Below are positions 37,445 to 46,281 of a stretch of 64,000 bases of DNA, one piece after another. Under the pieces are notes generated by a model. That model was not told the origin of the DNA. It made no database searches and saw only the letters and a list, made by a program, of their open reading frames with translations. This DNA is from Promethearchaeota archaeon (GTDB lineage Archaea; Asgardarchaeota; Thorarchaeia; Thorarchaeales; Thorarchaeaceae), in assembly GCA_048939765.1 (NCBI GenBank), contig JBHLPF010000007.1, forward strand, positions 17,241 to 81,240, in the 5' to 3' direction. Position 1 is the first letter of the stretch. Each line of letters begins with the position of its first letter. The position numbers were made by a program, and so were the translations under genes.

Positions 37445-38014
37445 TTAGCATTCAGATGTTTTGTGTAAAAAGAACTTCTTTTCAGCTTTATAGGGAGGAT
37501 AAGAGAATAATTCGATATGGGCTATCTGTACTATGAAAGGATTCGTAATCTGTAAATCAAGGTAATCTTGGGAAATCTCCACTGCCTTAGCTATTTCCTG
37601 AGTTGGGAGGTCTAATAGAAGGGTCACATGTGGACTCCACATACTATCTGGTTTTCGATCCAAATCTACTCCTTGGTCTTCTAATGTTTCCAAGCAGAGT
37701 TTTCGTAATGATTGAAGATTGCTTGAATATTGTGGATTAAGATAGAAAACATGGCTGGCAGGAAACGTAGTCAGACCGGTAAATTCCAGTGAAAAGGAGT
37801 TAGAATTAGAAATTGCAGATTCCAATGCATCATAGTATTCTTGTTTTCTTAATTCTTCATGTTCAAGTAATGTAATGTGGGGTGGCACTCGCACATATGT
37901 TTGACCATGCAAATCTGGAGAATCATTCAGGATTTTCTGTAATTCTTTCAACTTGTTAGTTGATGCTTCATCAAAACAAGCAATTATCCCAGTCCAAAAA
38001 TCCATGGTCCTCAA
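37445..38014 (-). CDS. 2H phosphoesterase superfamily protein (LigT / cyclic phosphodiesterase-like)
   Basis: 189-aa ORF with two H-x-T-x motifs (PPHITLLEH and SPHVTLLLD). The gene is markedly AT-rich compared with its flanks. Confidence 0.65.
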   Translation of the reverse strand: MRTMDFWTGIIACFDEASTNKLKELQKILNDSPDLHGQTYVRVPPHITLLEHEELRKQEYYDALESAISNSNSFSLEFTGLTTFPASHVFYLNPQYSSNLQSLRKLCLETLEDQGVDLDRKPDSMWSPHVTLLLDLPTQEIAKAVEISQDYLDLQITNPFIVQIAHIELFSYPPYKAEKKFFLHKTSEC

Positions 38015-38097
38015 CTTAGATAATCCAATTCAGTTCAAAGAACCTTAAGGGGTGCCTTAAGGTTTCCGAGAATGAAGGACCAGTAGTATAAGGCATT

Positions 38098-38121
38098 CAA
38101 ATCTCACCCTCGGCGCCATTT
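38098..38121 (+). repeat. Direct repeat copy 2 (orphan tRNA-Ser 3'-end fragment, CAAATCTCACCCTCGGCGCCATTT)
   Basis: 23 of 24 nt are identical to 37337-37360. It is preceded by TT, completing an intron-less T-loop TTCAAAT. No matching 5' T-stem or other tRNA parts lie upstream. Confidence 0.8.
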
Positions 38122-38172
38122 AACTCTCGAAAGCTTGATTTTGCAGAGATGCAGAGAATAGTCGGTGTTTGG

Positions 38173-39162
38173 ATGGTTGAGTGTTTTGTCACAGGGGGCA
38201 CCGGATTCATTGGGAGCCACATTGTCCGTCTACTGACTGAAAGAGGCGATCACGTTAATGTGTTAGTACGCAAGACGTCGAACATGGAATTGATTGAGAA
38301 TCTACCGGTTTCTAAAGCTGTGGGAGATATCACGGATATTGATAGCATGGCGAGCGGAATATCGGATCACACAGAATGGTTCTTCCATAATGCGGCCCGG
38401 ATGTCAGAATGGGGCGGGAAGGCTAGAAACTGGCCTGTCAATGTTGAAGGGACTCGCAACGCCTTAGAGGTGGCCCGAAGAAAGGACGTTCCACAATTCA
38501 TCTATACCTCATCGACCGCCCTCTATGGGTTTCCTGGAAAGCCGATGACAGAGGACTCTCCGAGAAGGCCATACGAGTCGTACCAGCAGTCAAAGCTTGC
38601 AGCAGAGGAATTGGTATGGAAGTATTCACAGGACTACGGAATCAGGGCTACGGCAGTTAGACCACCAACGGTAGTGGGCCATGGCGATATGTACCTAGGT
38701 CCGATACTTATCGAGGCAGTGAGATCTGGAACATATGTGCACTTGGATGGTGGGAAGAATCGTCAGAGCATTGTGCATGGCGAAGATGTTGCACGGTGCC
38801 TAATCTTGGCTGCAGAGAACTTTGGAAAAGCCCATGGAAATGCATACAATGTCACATCCTTCATTGTTGAGATGCGGGTCTTCATAGAGGCTCTGGCTGA
38901 CGAACTTGGAGTACCAAAGGACTTCCGGAGTATGCCCTACAAAGCTGCACTTGCTGTCGGAAAGGTCACATCAGGTTTGTTTCGAGCCTTTCACCGTAAG
39001 GAAAGCCCCTTCCTGACAGCTTTTCGCGTGAAGTACATGGGCAGCGACTATGTAGTTGATGACTCAAAGGTGCGCCAAGAGTTGGGGTATAAACCACGGT
39101 GGAACCTAGAAACCACAGTTAGAGACATGGTTGAGTGGGGAGGAGAATTCAAGCCTCGATAG
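38173..39162 (+). CDS. NAD-dependent epimerase/dehydratase (extended SDR)
   Basis: Has VTGGTGFIGSHIVRLL at the N-terminus and YxxxK (YQQSK). The track ORF starts at 38149; the Met at 38173 gives the usual spacing. Confidence 0.85.
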   Translation: MVECFVTGGTGFIGSHIVRLLTERGDHVNVLVRKTSNMELIENLPVSKAVGDITDIDSMASGISDHTEWFFHNAARMSEWGGKARNWPVNVEGTRNALEVARRKDVPQFIYTSSTALYGFPGKPMTEDSPRRPYESYQQSKLAAEELVWKYSQDYGIRATAVRPPTVVGHGDMYLGPILIEAVRSGTYVHLDGGKNRQSIVHGEDVARCLILAAENFGKAHGNAYNVTSFIVEMRVFIEALADELGVPKDFRSMPYKAALAVGKVTSGLFRAFHRKESPFLTAFRVKYMGSDYVVDDSKVRQELGYKPRWNLETTVRDMVEWGGEFKPR

Positions 39163-39222
39163 AAACCAAGGCGCTTTTGCAGAGTCTTGTGAGTGTTAGG
39201 CTATTGCTTTCCTAGATTCCTC

Positions 39223-39240
39223 TCTCACCCTCGGTGCCAT
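39223..39240 (+). repeat. Direct repeat copy 3 (degenerate tRNA-Ser 3'-end fragment, TCTCACCCTCGGTGCCAT)
   Basis: 17 of 18 nt are identical to copy 2. It shares the C variant (CTCACCC) with copy 2 rather than with the tRNA (CTCATCC). Confidence 0.65.
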
Positions 39241-39340
39241 CTCTTCATAAAATAAGACTCCCAAGGTGCTATGTGTAGCTGAATACGACTCATTGCGTTG
39301 AACAAAGAGCTATATAATCAATTCATCCATTGGAAGAATA

Positions 39341-39712
39341 TTGCGTGGTGGTATTGCTATGAATAGGTTTCAGCGGACGAAGGCCGTACCTGAGCACATA
39401 GGATATGCCGTGGTACCAAAGCCGCTCCTGAAACGCTTCATCTTTTTGAGGTCGATGCGTTGTGCAGTTTGCGTTGCGCTAGCATTCTTGCTGCTTCTGC
39501 CTCTTACAATATTACCCGGACTAGTGGTTTTGGTGCTTCCCGCGGAGATTACCCTGGTTGGAAGAATTCAGGATGAAGCAGAACTTGTTCTTTGGGTGCG
39601 GAGTAATATGATCACTCAGGCAGGCACTTGGGAAGATGCTGAGTTAGAAAGCGAAATGGTTCGTCTAAGGACCCATGACAGACCTCGTGCTGTACAAGAC
39701 TACTCACGGTAG
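39341..39712 (+). CDS. Hypothetical membrane protein
   Basis: 123-aa ORF with one long hydrophobic stretch (VALAFLLLLPLTILPGLVVLVLP). The start is uncertain (ATG at 39359). No family recognised. Confidence 0.35.
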   Translation: MRGGIAMNRFQRTKAVPEHIGYAVVPKPLLKRFIFLRSMRCAVCVALAFLLLLPLTILPGLVVLVLPAEITLVGRIQDEAELVLWVRSNMITQAGTWEDAELESEMVRLRTHDRPRAVQDYSR

Positions 39713-39781
39713 ATAACACAGTAGTTTCCTATGGCTTGGGAATCTCGCCTAGTCTGAGTAAGGTAGCAGCAATCCTTGTCA

Positions 39782-40399
39782 TTAATTGGTCAAAAATACC
39801 ATTATGGCCAAGACAAAGTAGTAGACCTGATAGGAACTGACCATAAACCTCTCGATCAGACCGAAATAGCTACTTGTGGCTGTAAATGACGAGATAATGA
39901 CAAGAATCAGTGAAACTATTGCCGTAATCAGCGAAAATGTCGCAAAAGCACTCCATTCGAATACCGATTCTAATCGGAACCACATTGCCACCATTCCTGC
40001 AGTCGCCAATATTCCTGAGATTGCAATCAGGGTGAGGTGCAGCTTTCCACGGACAGTAACAATCTCACCACCAGCATCAAGAGGGAAGAATAGAGCGACA
40101 AGCACTCCAAGGAGCCCACTGATTATGAATAAGATAGGCCCAATTATTGAGCCTACTCCATTATTCACTCCCCAATGAAGACCAAGGTAGAAGACGAAAA
40201 GAAGGGTGCTAGATGTAATGATGAACTTGTCAAACAGCTTCTTGTTAGGAGCATCAACTGCCATGAGTGAGCTGACATCATCTCGAACGTGACTGTAATC
40301 AGGCTGGATAATTCCTCCAATGATCCACATTAGAGTATAGATGATTGGACTCAGCATTCCGCAGATTGCTAGAATCTGAAATAGATTCATGACTATCAT
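39782..40399 (-). CDS. DUF998-like membrane protein
   Basis: 205-aa polytopic ORF. CGMLSPIIYTLMWIIGGIIQPDYSHVRDDVSSL resembles DUF998 N-termini (from memory). Confidence 0.55.
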   Translation of the reverse strand: MIVMNLFQILAICGMLSPIIYTLMWIIGGIIQPDYSHVRDDVSSLMAVDAPNKKLFDKFIITSSTLLFVFYLGLHWGVNNGVGSIIGPILFIISGLLGVLVALFFPLDAGGEIVTVRGKLHLTLIAISGILATAGMVAMWFRLESVFEWSAFATFSLITAIVSLILVIISSFTATSSYFGLIERFMVSSYQVYYFVLAIMVFLTN

Positions 40400-40414
40400 T
40401 CAACCCGTGCCACA

Positions 40415-41686
40415 TTAGGCGTTTAGATTCTCAATAACAGTGGCAACGCCCTGTCCGCCACCAACACAGGCATTGGCAACTCCATATTTCGCGTTATTCT
40501 CTTTGAGAATTCTTGCCAGAGTGCCGGTCAACCTGATCATGGTTGAACCTAGAGGATGTCCAATCGCAGTGGAACCACCCATTACATTCACCTTCTCCTC
40601 CGGAATGTTCAGTTTATCCATGCAGTTGAGTGCAACAATGCAGAAAGCCTCATTGATTTCCCAGTAGTCAATGTCCTCGACGCTTAATCCTGCATGCTTG
40701 AGGGCCTTTTTGGTGGCAGGTACAGGTCCACGACCCATCACAGTTGGATCGACTCCAGCCCATCCCATGGAAACAATCCTTGCCATTGGCTCCGCACCTC
40801 GCTTTTCAGCCTCCTTTGCCTCCATTATGACCGCGGCAGTAGCACCTGCATTGAGAGGCGAGGCATTGCCCGGTGTAATCACTCCCTCTTCAGTCCCTTC
40901 TCGCTTGATATAGCCCTCTTTTCCACCATTCTTCTCAAGGAAGAAGGGGATTGATACTCTTGGGAGAGTTGAAACCTTCTCAAGTGTTGAGGGTCGTGCA
41001 CTCAGATCCCTGTCCACCAACATGGGTTCGTCAACATTGCCAGGTGTATGTCCCTCAATAGGGATAATCTCCCCCTTGAACCATCCACTCTCCTGATTCT
41101 TGACTGTTAGATTGTGACTTCTCACACCGAATTTGTCCATGTCCTCCTTGGTAAAGGTGGGAACCTCTTCCTCGTACAGCTTCTGGGCTGTCTGTAACAT
41201 GTTGAACACTGTCGCGGGGTCCAGGCCGGGTCGGTAGAACTCTGAAGCCTCGTCAGCAAAAGACAGGTTAGGTTCGACTCCCTTCCCCCTCACTCGGGTC
41301 ATATGCTCAAATCCCGTTGATAGCACGGTTTTGCTGTACCCGGTCATAATCTCCATGATACCAATATGCATTCCAGAGCCTGCAGACCCACACTGACGGT
41401 CGACAAAGATAGATGGAACATCATGTGGAAATCCTGACAGGAAGGCTGGAATCTTGCCCCCATAGGTCCAGTTCTCAAGGACTCCGGCGGCCACACCAAT
41501 GGTGATCTCATCGATGTCCTTCTTCTCAATTCCTTTGTTCGCCAATGAACCATCAAAGAATTTCATCAGCAACCGTGATAGGAGCTCATCTCCCCTAATC
41601 TCACCAAAGGCGTCAGTTTCTGGCTTATTGGGACGCGATCGTGAGAATGGGGTACGCACATAATCGACCAGCCAAACTTCTTTCAT
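40415..41686 (-). CDS. Thiolase (acetyl-CoA C-acyl/acetyltransferase)
   Basis: The C-terminal NACVGGGQGVATVIE and GHPLGSTMIRL are thiolase signatures. The start is taken at MKEVWLVDYVRTPFSR; the track ORF extends to 41737. Confidence 0.9.
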   Translation of the reverse strand: MKEVWLVDYVRTPFSRSRPNKPETDAFGEIRGDELLSRLLMKFFDGSLANKGIEKKDIDEITIGVAAGVLENWTYGGKIPAFLSGFPHDVPSIFVDRQCGSAGSGMHIGIMEIMTGYSKTVLSTGFEHMTRVRGKGVEPNLSFADEASEFYRPGLDPATVFNMLQTAQKLYEEEVPTFTKEDMDKFGVRSHNLTVKNQESGWFKGEIIPIEGHTPGNVDEPMLVDRDLSARPSTLEKVSTLPRVSIPFFLEKNGGKEGYIKREGTEEGVITPGNASPLNAGATAAVIMEAKEAEKRGAEPMARIVSMGWAGVDPTVMGRGPVPATKKALKHAGLSVEDIDYWEINEAFCIVALNCMDKLNIPEEKVNVMGGSTAIGHPLGSTMIRLTGTLARILKENNAKYGVANACVGGGQGVATVIENLNA

Positions 41687-41728
41687 GGCTTCCCCAGAAG
41701 GACTTCTGAGTTTTAACTCTTCTTTCGA

Positions 41729-42565
41729 ATGGAGCATGAAAGAGGATTTATCTCACAGGACGCCCTCCAACAGCTCATGCCCAGGGTCCTGATACATGAC
41801 ATTGAAACCTACTATGAAATAGCCGGCGAGGGAGAAGCAATCGTGTTTGTTCACGGCGCAGCTGGTTCTCACGACAACTGGCGCCCTCAGGTTAAGCACC
41901 TGTCCGACCGCTTCGAAGTCGTGACATACGATATAAGGGGACACGGGAAGTCAAGTGGGTCTGACAGGAAATATAGCTGTGAGCTCTTCGCAGATGATCT
42001 GAATGGGCTGATAACCGCACTCGAGTTAGAAAGACCCGTTGTCTGTGGGCTCTCTCTTGGAGGGATGATAGCCCAGCAGTACGCTGTAAGGCATCAGTCC
42101 GGTCTTGCGGGACTTGTACTGGCGGACACTGCAGTGGCCTCAGCTCTGACCCTCTCAGACAAGCTTCAGAAATGGATGTTCCCAGTGAGCCTGGTCAAAT
42201 GGTATATTCGCAGAAAGACTCCAGAAGACTATGCGAGATGGTCATTCAAGTATTTCGACATGAAGGATGATGTGAGAGAGTATCTGATTCAGGAACAACT
42301 TCGAATGGATCAGACAGAGTTTCTCAAACTGATGGATGCCATCTATGGGTTTAAGCTGCTTGACCTTGCCAGCATCAAAGTGCCAACGCTTGTGGTACTG
42401 GGTGAGAATGAACGAAAGGCAGTCTTTCCGCATGCAGACAAGATGATAGAGCTGATTGAGGGCTCAAGGAAGGTCGTTATTCCGGATGCTGGACATGCCT
42501 CCAATCTAGAGAATCCCACCGAGTTCAATCGAGTGCTTGACGAGTTCTTGGAACACGTGTTCTAA
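41729..42565 (+). CDS. Alpha/beta hydrolase fold protein
   Basis: Has VFVHGAAGSHDNW, the nucleophile elbow GLSLGG and DAGHASNLE. The start may be at 41777. Confidence 0.8.
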   Translation: MEHERGFISQDALQQLMPRVLIHDIETYYEIAGEGEAIVFVHGAAGSHDNWRPQVKHLSDRFEVVTYDIRGHGKSSGSDRKYSCELFADDLNGLITALELERPVVCGLSLGGMIAQQYAVRHQSGLAGLVLADTAVASALTLSDKLQKWMFPVSLVKWYIRRKTPEDYARWSFKYFDMKDDVREYLIQEQLRMDQTEFLKLMDAIYGFKLLDLASIKVPTLVVLGENERKAVFPHADKMIELIEGSRKVVIPDAGHASNLENPTEFNRVLDEFLEHVF

Positions 42566-44160
42566 ATCTTCTTCTCGAGATAGGGTCCTGTATCGTTGAA
42601 ATCAAGGGCGCGATAATATTCCTTGACTCCAATTCCGCTGTTCACAATCAGCCTGTTGACTTGGAAATCCTCGAGTGTGATTCGCTCTGCCTCTTTGAGC
42701 ATGCGGTCTCCAAGACCCAAATGCTGCCACGCATCCGGGTTCCTCTCACCAATCTCTACAACAGGACCATACACTCTGAGCTCTCTAATAATGGCGCAGG
42801 GGCTATGATTAATCTCGGGGCGGTGAGCCTGGTCACTGGGCATGCGGAGTCTGAGGAATCCAAAGATGATATCTTGACTTTGCTTCTCGAAGGAAAGAAA
42901 GATTTCTAGGCCATCTGCAGCCTCATAGTCACGACGCACCAGCTCAATACCTTCAAAACTCACCTTTTGTCCGGTCCGCATCTGAAAGTGACCAATCTCT
43001 CTGTATCGAATCGTTGGGTTTCTCAGACCTTTCTCACTCATTCGATGATGCACCAGCTCTCGTAGGTTTCCTTTGCTGAAACCAGCCTCTATCTGATGGA
43101 GTGGGATGTCCCTCTGCATCCTCTGGATACGAACATACTCGGGCATTTTGCTGACTGCATTAGAGACGAGTTCCACGACTTGATCATCAGAATAGGGACT
43201 GTATATTCCCTGTTCCCACCACTCGAACAGCTTTGTATTCTTCACCACAAGCGTAGGATAGATCTTCAGCATATCTGGTTGAAACCTAGAATCAGTGAAT
43301 AATGCTTCAAAGTCTTCAAGGTCAGAGTCTGAAGTATTTCCAGGTAGACCAGGCATCATATGATAGCACACTTTCAGTCCGCTATCCCTGAGCATCTTTG
43401 TCGCTTGGATGGTCTGTTCAAGCAGATGACCTCTCTGTACCCGTTCTAGGACCTCATCCGAGAGCGTCTGAACACCGATTTCCACACGGGTAGCACCCAT
43501 TTCCAGCATGCTATCGATGCTTTCAGGAATCACCCAATCCGGTCGAGTTTCGAATGTGAGACCTACGTTGCGGACCTTAGCTGTTTCGTTCGTCTTCTGT
43601 GACTCATTCAAACTCCCTCCGACTGTCCTATTCATTGCATCGAAACAGCCCTTGACAAAAGACTCCCTGTAGTCAGGCTCCTTCGAACACCAGTCGCCAC
43701 CCATGACTATTAGTTCCACCTTTTGGACCGAATGACCGATCGTATCCAACTGATTTAGCCTGCTCTCTACCTGCCTGAATGAATCAAAGTCATTTTGCAG
43801 CCCTCTCATTGTGGCAGGTTCATGACCTGTATAGCTCTGGGGAACTCCTGCATCAGGCCCACCAGGACAATATGCGCACGCACCATGAGGACACTTATGA
43901 GGTTCTGTCATGACAGCAACAACAGCGACTCCGGAAACTGTACGAACAGGTCGTTTCTGCATCAGAGGCTGAAGTATTTCTAGCTCTTCAGGAATTGCCG
44001 CTTGCAACACGTCTGCGTTTGATGGGACTCGGGACGCCTTATGCAGTCCACAGATCCTGCTCTTGATTTGATTTATCTCACGCCGATCAAGAGCCGTTTC
44101 TGAGCTAAGAAGGGATTCGATAATCTCTCTATACAGTGCATAGTAATCTGGGAGAGGCAT
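42562..44160 (-). CDS. elp3: Elp3-type radical SAM + GNAT tRNA U34 modification enzyme
   Basis: 532-aa ORF with PHKCPHGACAYCPGGP, a radical-SAM TIM region and a C-terminal GNAT (HLGLGDRMLKEAE). Confidence 0.9.
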   Translation of the reverse strand: MPLPDYYALYREIIESLLSSETALDRREINQIKSRICGLHKASRVPSNADVLQAAIPEELEILQPLMQKRPVRTVSGVAVVAVMTEPHKCPHGACAYCPGGPDAGVPQSYTGHEPATMRGLQNDFDSFRQVESRLNQLDTIGHSVQKVELIVMGGDWCSKEPDYRESFVKGCFDAMNRTVGGSLNESQKTNETAKVRNVGLTFETRPDWVIPESIDSMLEMGATRVEIGVQTLSDEVLERVQRGHLLEQTIQATKMLRDSGLKVCYHMMPGLPGNTSDSDLEDFEALFTDSRFQPDMLKIYPTLVVKNTKLFEWWEQGIYSPYSDDQVVELVSNAVSKMPEYVRIQRMQRDIPLHQIEAGFSKGNLRELVHHRMSEKGLRNPTIRYREIGHFQMRTGQKVSFEGIELVRRDYEAADGLEIFLSFEKQSQDIIFGFLRLRMPSDQAHRPEINHSPCAIIRELRVYGPVVEIGERNPDAWQHLGLGDRMLKEAERITLEDFQVNRLIVNSGIGVKEYYRALDFNDTGPYLEKKI

Positions 44161-44291
44161 TCTAAGAGGCTAGACTCCAGCGTCCGGTTAAAGGATGCGG
44201 TCTGCCAAAACTCGTTGCAGAAACCCTTCCACAAGGTAATCCTTAAAACAACAACAAGTTTTCCAGATATACAACCGGAGAGGTAAACAGA

Positions 44292-44459
44292 ATGCCTGGT
44301 TCACATGGTTCATTGACAAAGGCTGGAAAGGTCCGAGAGTCAACTCCAAAGGTCCATGGGCGTGAACGTCACACACCTATTCCTCGAGTCCGCAATAAGA
44401 GGAACTTCACGAAGCGATTTGTTAAAGGGAAGTTGGTCGGACAGGCCAAGACTAGGTAG
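44292..44459 (+). CDS. rps30e: Ribosomal protein eS30
   Basis: Not in the ORF track because it is only 55 codons. My translation is [55 protein letters not shown], which carries the eS30 hallmark [13 protein letters not shown]. Confidence 0.85.
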   Translation: MPGSHGSLTKAGKVRESTPKVHGRERHTPIPRVRNKRNFTKRFVKGKLVGQAKTR

Positions 44460-44461
44460 AT

Positions 44462-45286
44462 TCAGCACTGTTTCTTCAGGCCCATCGAATCTCGATGGTA
44501 TTTTCCAAACTCAGTGATGTTTGAGAGTTGGTCACCATCAAAGACTGGTCCTTCAAGGCATACGAGATCACCTGTCGGATCAAGGGCACAAGTCCCACAG
44601 ATTCCGCATCCACACTTCATGAAACGCTCTAGTGAGGCTTGAAAGGAAATTCGGTGTGTTTTGGCAATCTCATATAACCCCAGCATCATTAGTTCAGGGC
44701 CACACGTGTAGATTGTATCCGGAGTCACGGTAGCTAGAATCTCTTTGGCGGCTTGGGGTGCGAGCCCCTTGTAGCCCATTGAACCGTCATCGGTGGACGT
44801 TTCGAGTCGAAGATTCGCGGCCCTGAGAGTATCAAACTCTTCCAGATAGACTAGCTCTCCTTGTGTACGGGCGGCAATAAGCAGTGTCACCTGTACATCC
44901 TTGCTCAGTAGCTCATATGTCAATGGTCTTAGTGGAGCCATCCCAATCCCACCACCAACAACAAGTGCATTCTTTGCATCTGTACTGAAACAAGTGCCAA
45001 ATGGTCCTCGAATCCCAATCATCTGTCCAGCTTTTTGTGAAGCCAAGGCGTTAGTGGCTTCACCGATAGGTGCCACCGTCACTCCTACATCGGGAGGATC
45101 CCAGTGCGACACACTCATTGGAATCTCATCAACACCTGGGACCCAGACCATCATGAATTGGCCTGAACGGAATTGGGTGCCACTAATTGGATAGCGAAAA
45201 TTGATTGTCCGAGTGGTATCGCTCTCCTCTATCACTTCAGTGACTCTGACAGATGTTGGCTGGCCCATTAGTCTATCAAGATCCAA
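44462..45286 (-). CDS. pyrK: Dihydroorotate dehydrogenase electron-transfer subunit
   Basis: 274-aa ORF with an FAD/NAD-binding fold (GGGIGMAPL) and the C-terminal 2Fe-2S motif CGCGICGTC. Confidence 0.9.
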   Translation of the reverse strand: MDLDRLMGQPTSVRVTEVIEESDTTRTINFRYPISGTQFRSGQFMMVWVPGVDEIPMSVSHWDPPDVGVTVAPIGEATNALASQKAGQMIGIRGPFGTCFSTDAKNALVVGGGIGMAPLRPLTYELLSKDVQVTLLIAARTQGELVYLEEFDTLRAANLRLETSTDDGSMGYKGLAPQAAKEILATVTPDTIYTCGPELMMLGLYEIAKTHRISFQASLERFMKCGCGICGTCALDPTGDLVCLEGPVFDGDQLSNITEFGKYHRDSMGLKKQC

Positions 45287-45291
45287 GAGAC

Positions 45292-46158
45292 CTACCTCCC
45301 AGCTAGACCCACTATTTCTGACACCTCTGAGAATCCCTCGTCCCGGAGGTAATTCTGAATACCCTCCTTGATGTGTCTAAACACATCAATTCCATCTATC
45401 ATTGCCGTTCCAATTTGAATCGCGCTGGCACCGGCAAGATGCATCTCCACAGCATCCTGCCATGTGGTCACACCGCCCACACCTATGATGGGAATTGAGA
45501 GCGCATTGTGAAGATCGTATACACACCTTACAGCAATTGGAAATATGGGAGGACCGGATAGACCACCGACTCTGTTGCCCAGAACAGGACGCTTTTGATG
45601 AATGTCAATCTTCATTGCTCGAACAGTGTTGATTGCCACGATGGCATCGACCTCGGCCCGTTCTGCCGCCATTCCCACTGCGACAAAATCAGATGCATTG
45701 GGAGTGATTTTTGCGAATATCGGGCAATCGACTACTTCCTTTGCAGCCTTCACAAATTGGTATGTGAGATCGGGATCATGAGCAATCTGTGCAATCTCGG
45801 CATGAGGGCAGGACAGATTCAGCTCAATCGCCTCTGGCTTCATCTCTGCACCTTTGGATGCCACATCAGCCAACTCTTGCGGCGAGTTCCCAAAGATGCT
45901 GAGGACAACTGGGACGCCACTCTCCTTGAGTTCCGCCATCTCGTCTACAAAAGAGCCAATGCCAGGATTCGTAAGACCCACTGCATTGATCAATCCTCCA
46001 TGAGAAGTAGCAAGGATTGGTCCAGGATGGCCTTTCCTAGGCACATGACCAATTGATTTTGTCACAACAGCATCTGCTCCCGACTCATGAACGCGACGTA
46101 GAGTAGAACTGGTGACTCCCAGAATTCCTGAAGCAAGCCAATATCCTTGTATCTTCAA
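45292..46158 (-). CDS. pyrD: Dihydroorotate dehydrogenase (class 1B) catalytic subunit
   Basis: 288-aa ORF with NAVGLTNPG, ELNLSCPH, GGLSGPPIFPIA and IIGVGGV. It lies immediately upstream of pyrK. Confidence 0.9.
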   Translation of the reverse strand: MKIQGYWLASGILGVTSSTLRRVHESGADAVVTKSIGHVPRKGHPGPILATSHGGLINAVGLTNPGIGSFVDEMAELKESGVPVVLSIFGNSPQELADVASKGAEMKPEAIELNLSCPHAEIAQIAHDPDLTYQFVKAAKEVVDCPIFAKITPNASDFVAVGMAAERAEVDAIVAINTVRAMKIDIHQKRPVLGNRVGGLSGPPIFPIAVRCVYDLHNALSIPIIGVGGVTTWQDAVEMHLAGASAIQIGTAMIDGIDVFRHIKEGIQNYLRDEGFSEVSEIVGLAGR

Positions 46159-46281
46159 GAGAGCACCTGGGAGGCAGTTTGGTGACTAACTCGTAATAAG
46201 GTAGATGGCAGCTGACAAACATCGTCTAACACTAAACTTATCCGACTCATAAGCAGTGAATCAAGCTCGGGGTAGAACAGA

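Noticed and set aside
38041-38121. A split-tRNA 3' half. A perfect 10-bp palindrome, AACCTTAAGG-GGTG-CCTTAAGGTT, lies just upstream of the orphan tRNA-Ser 3' fragment.
   Set aside because: No T-stem 5' strand (GTGAG), variable arm or anticodon-stem 3' strand precedes the fragment, so it cannot form a functional half. An att-site remnant explains it better. The palindrome itself is real but unexplained.
44188-44376. A 62-aa minus-strand ORF from the track.
   Set aside because: The plus strand at 44292-44459 encodes a clear eS30 ribosomal protein. The minus ORF is its antisense shadow.
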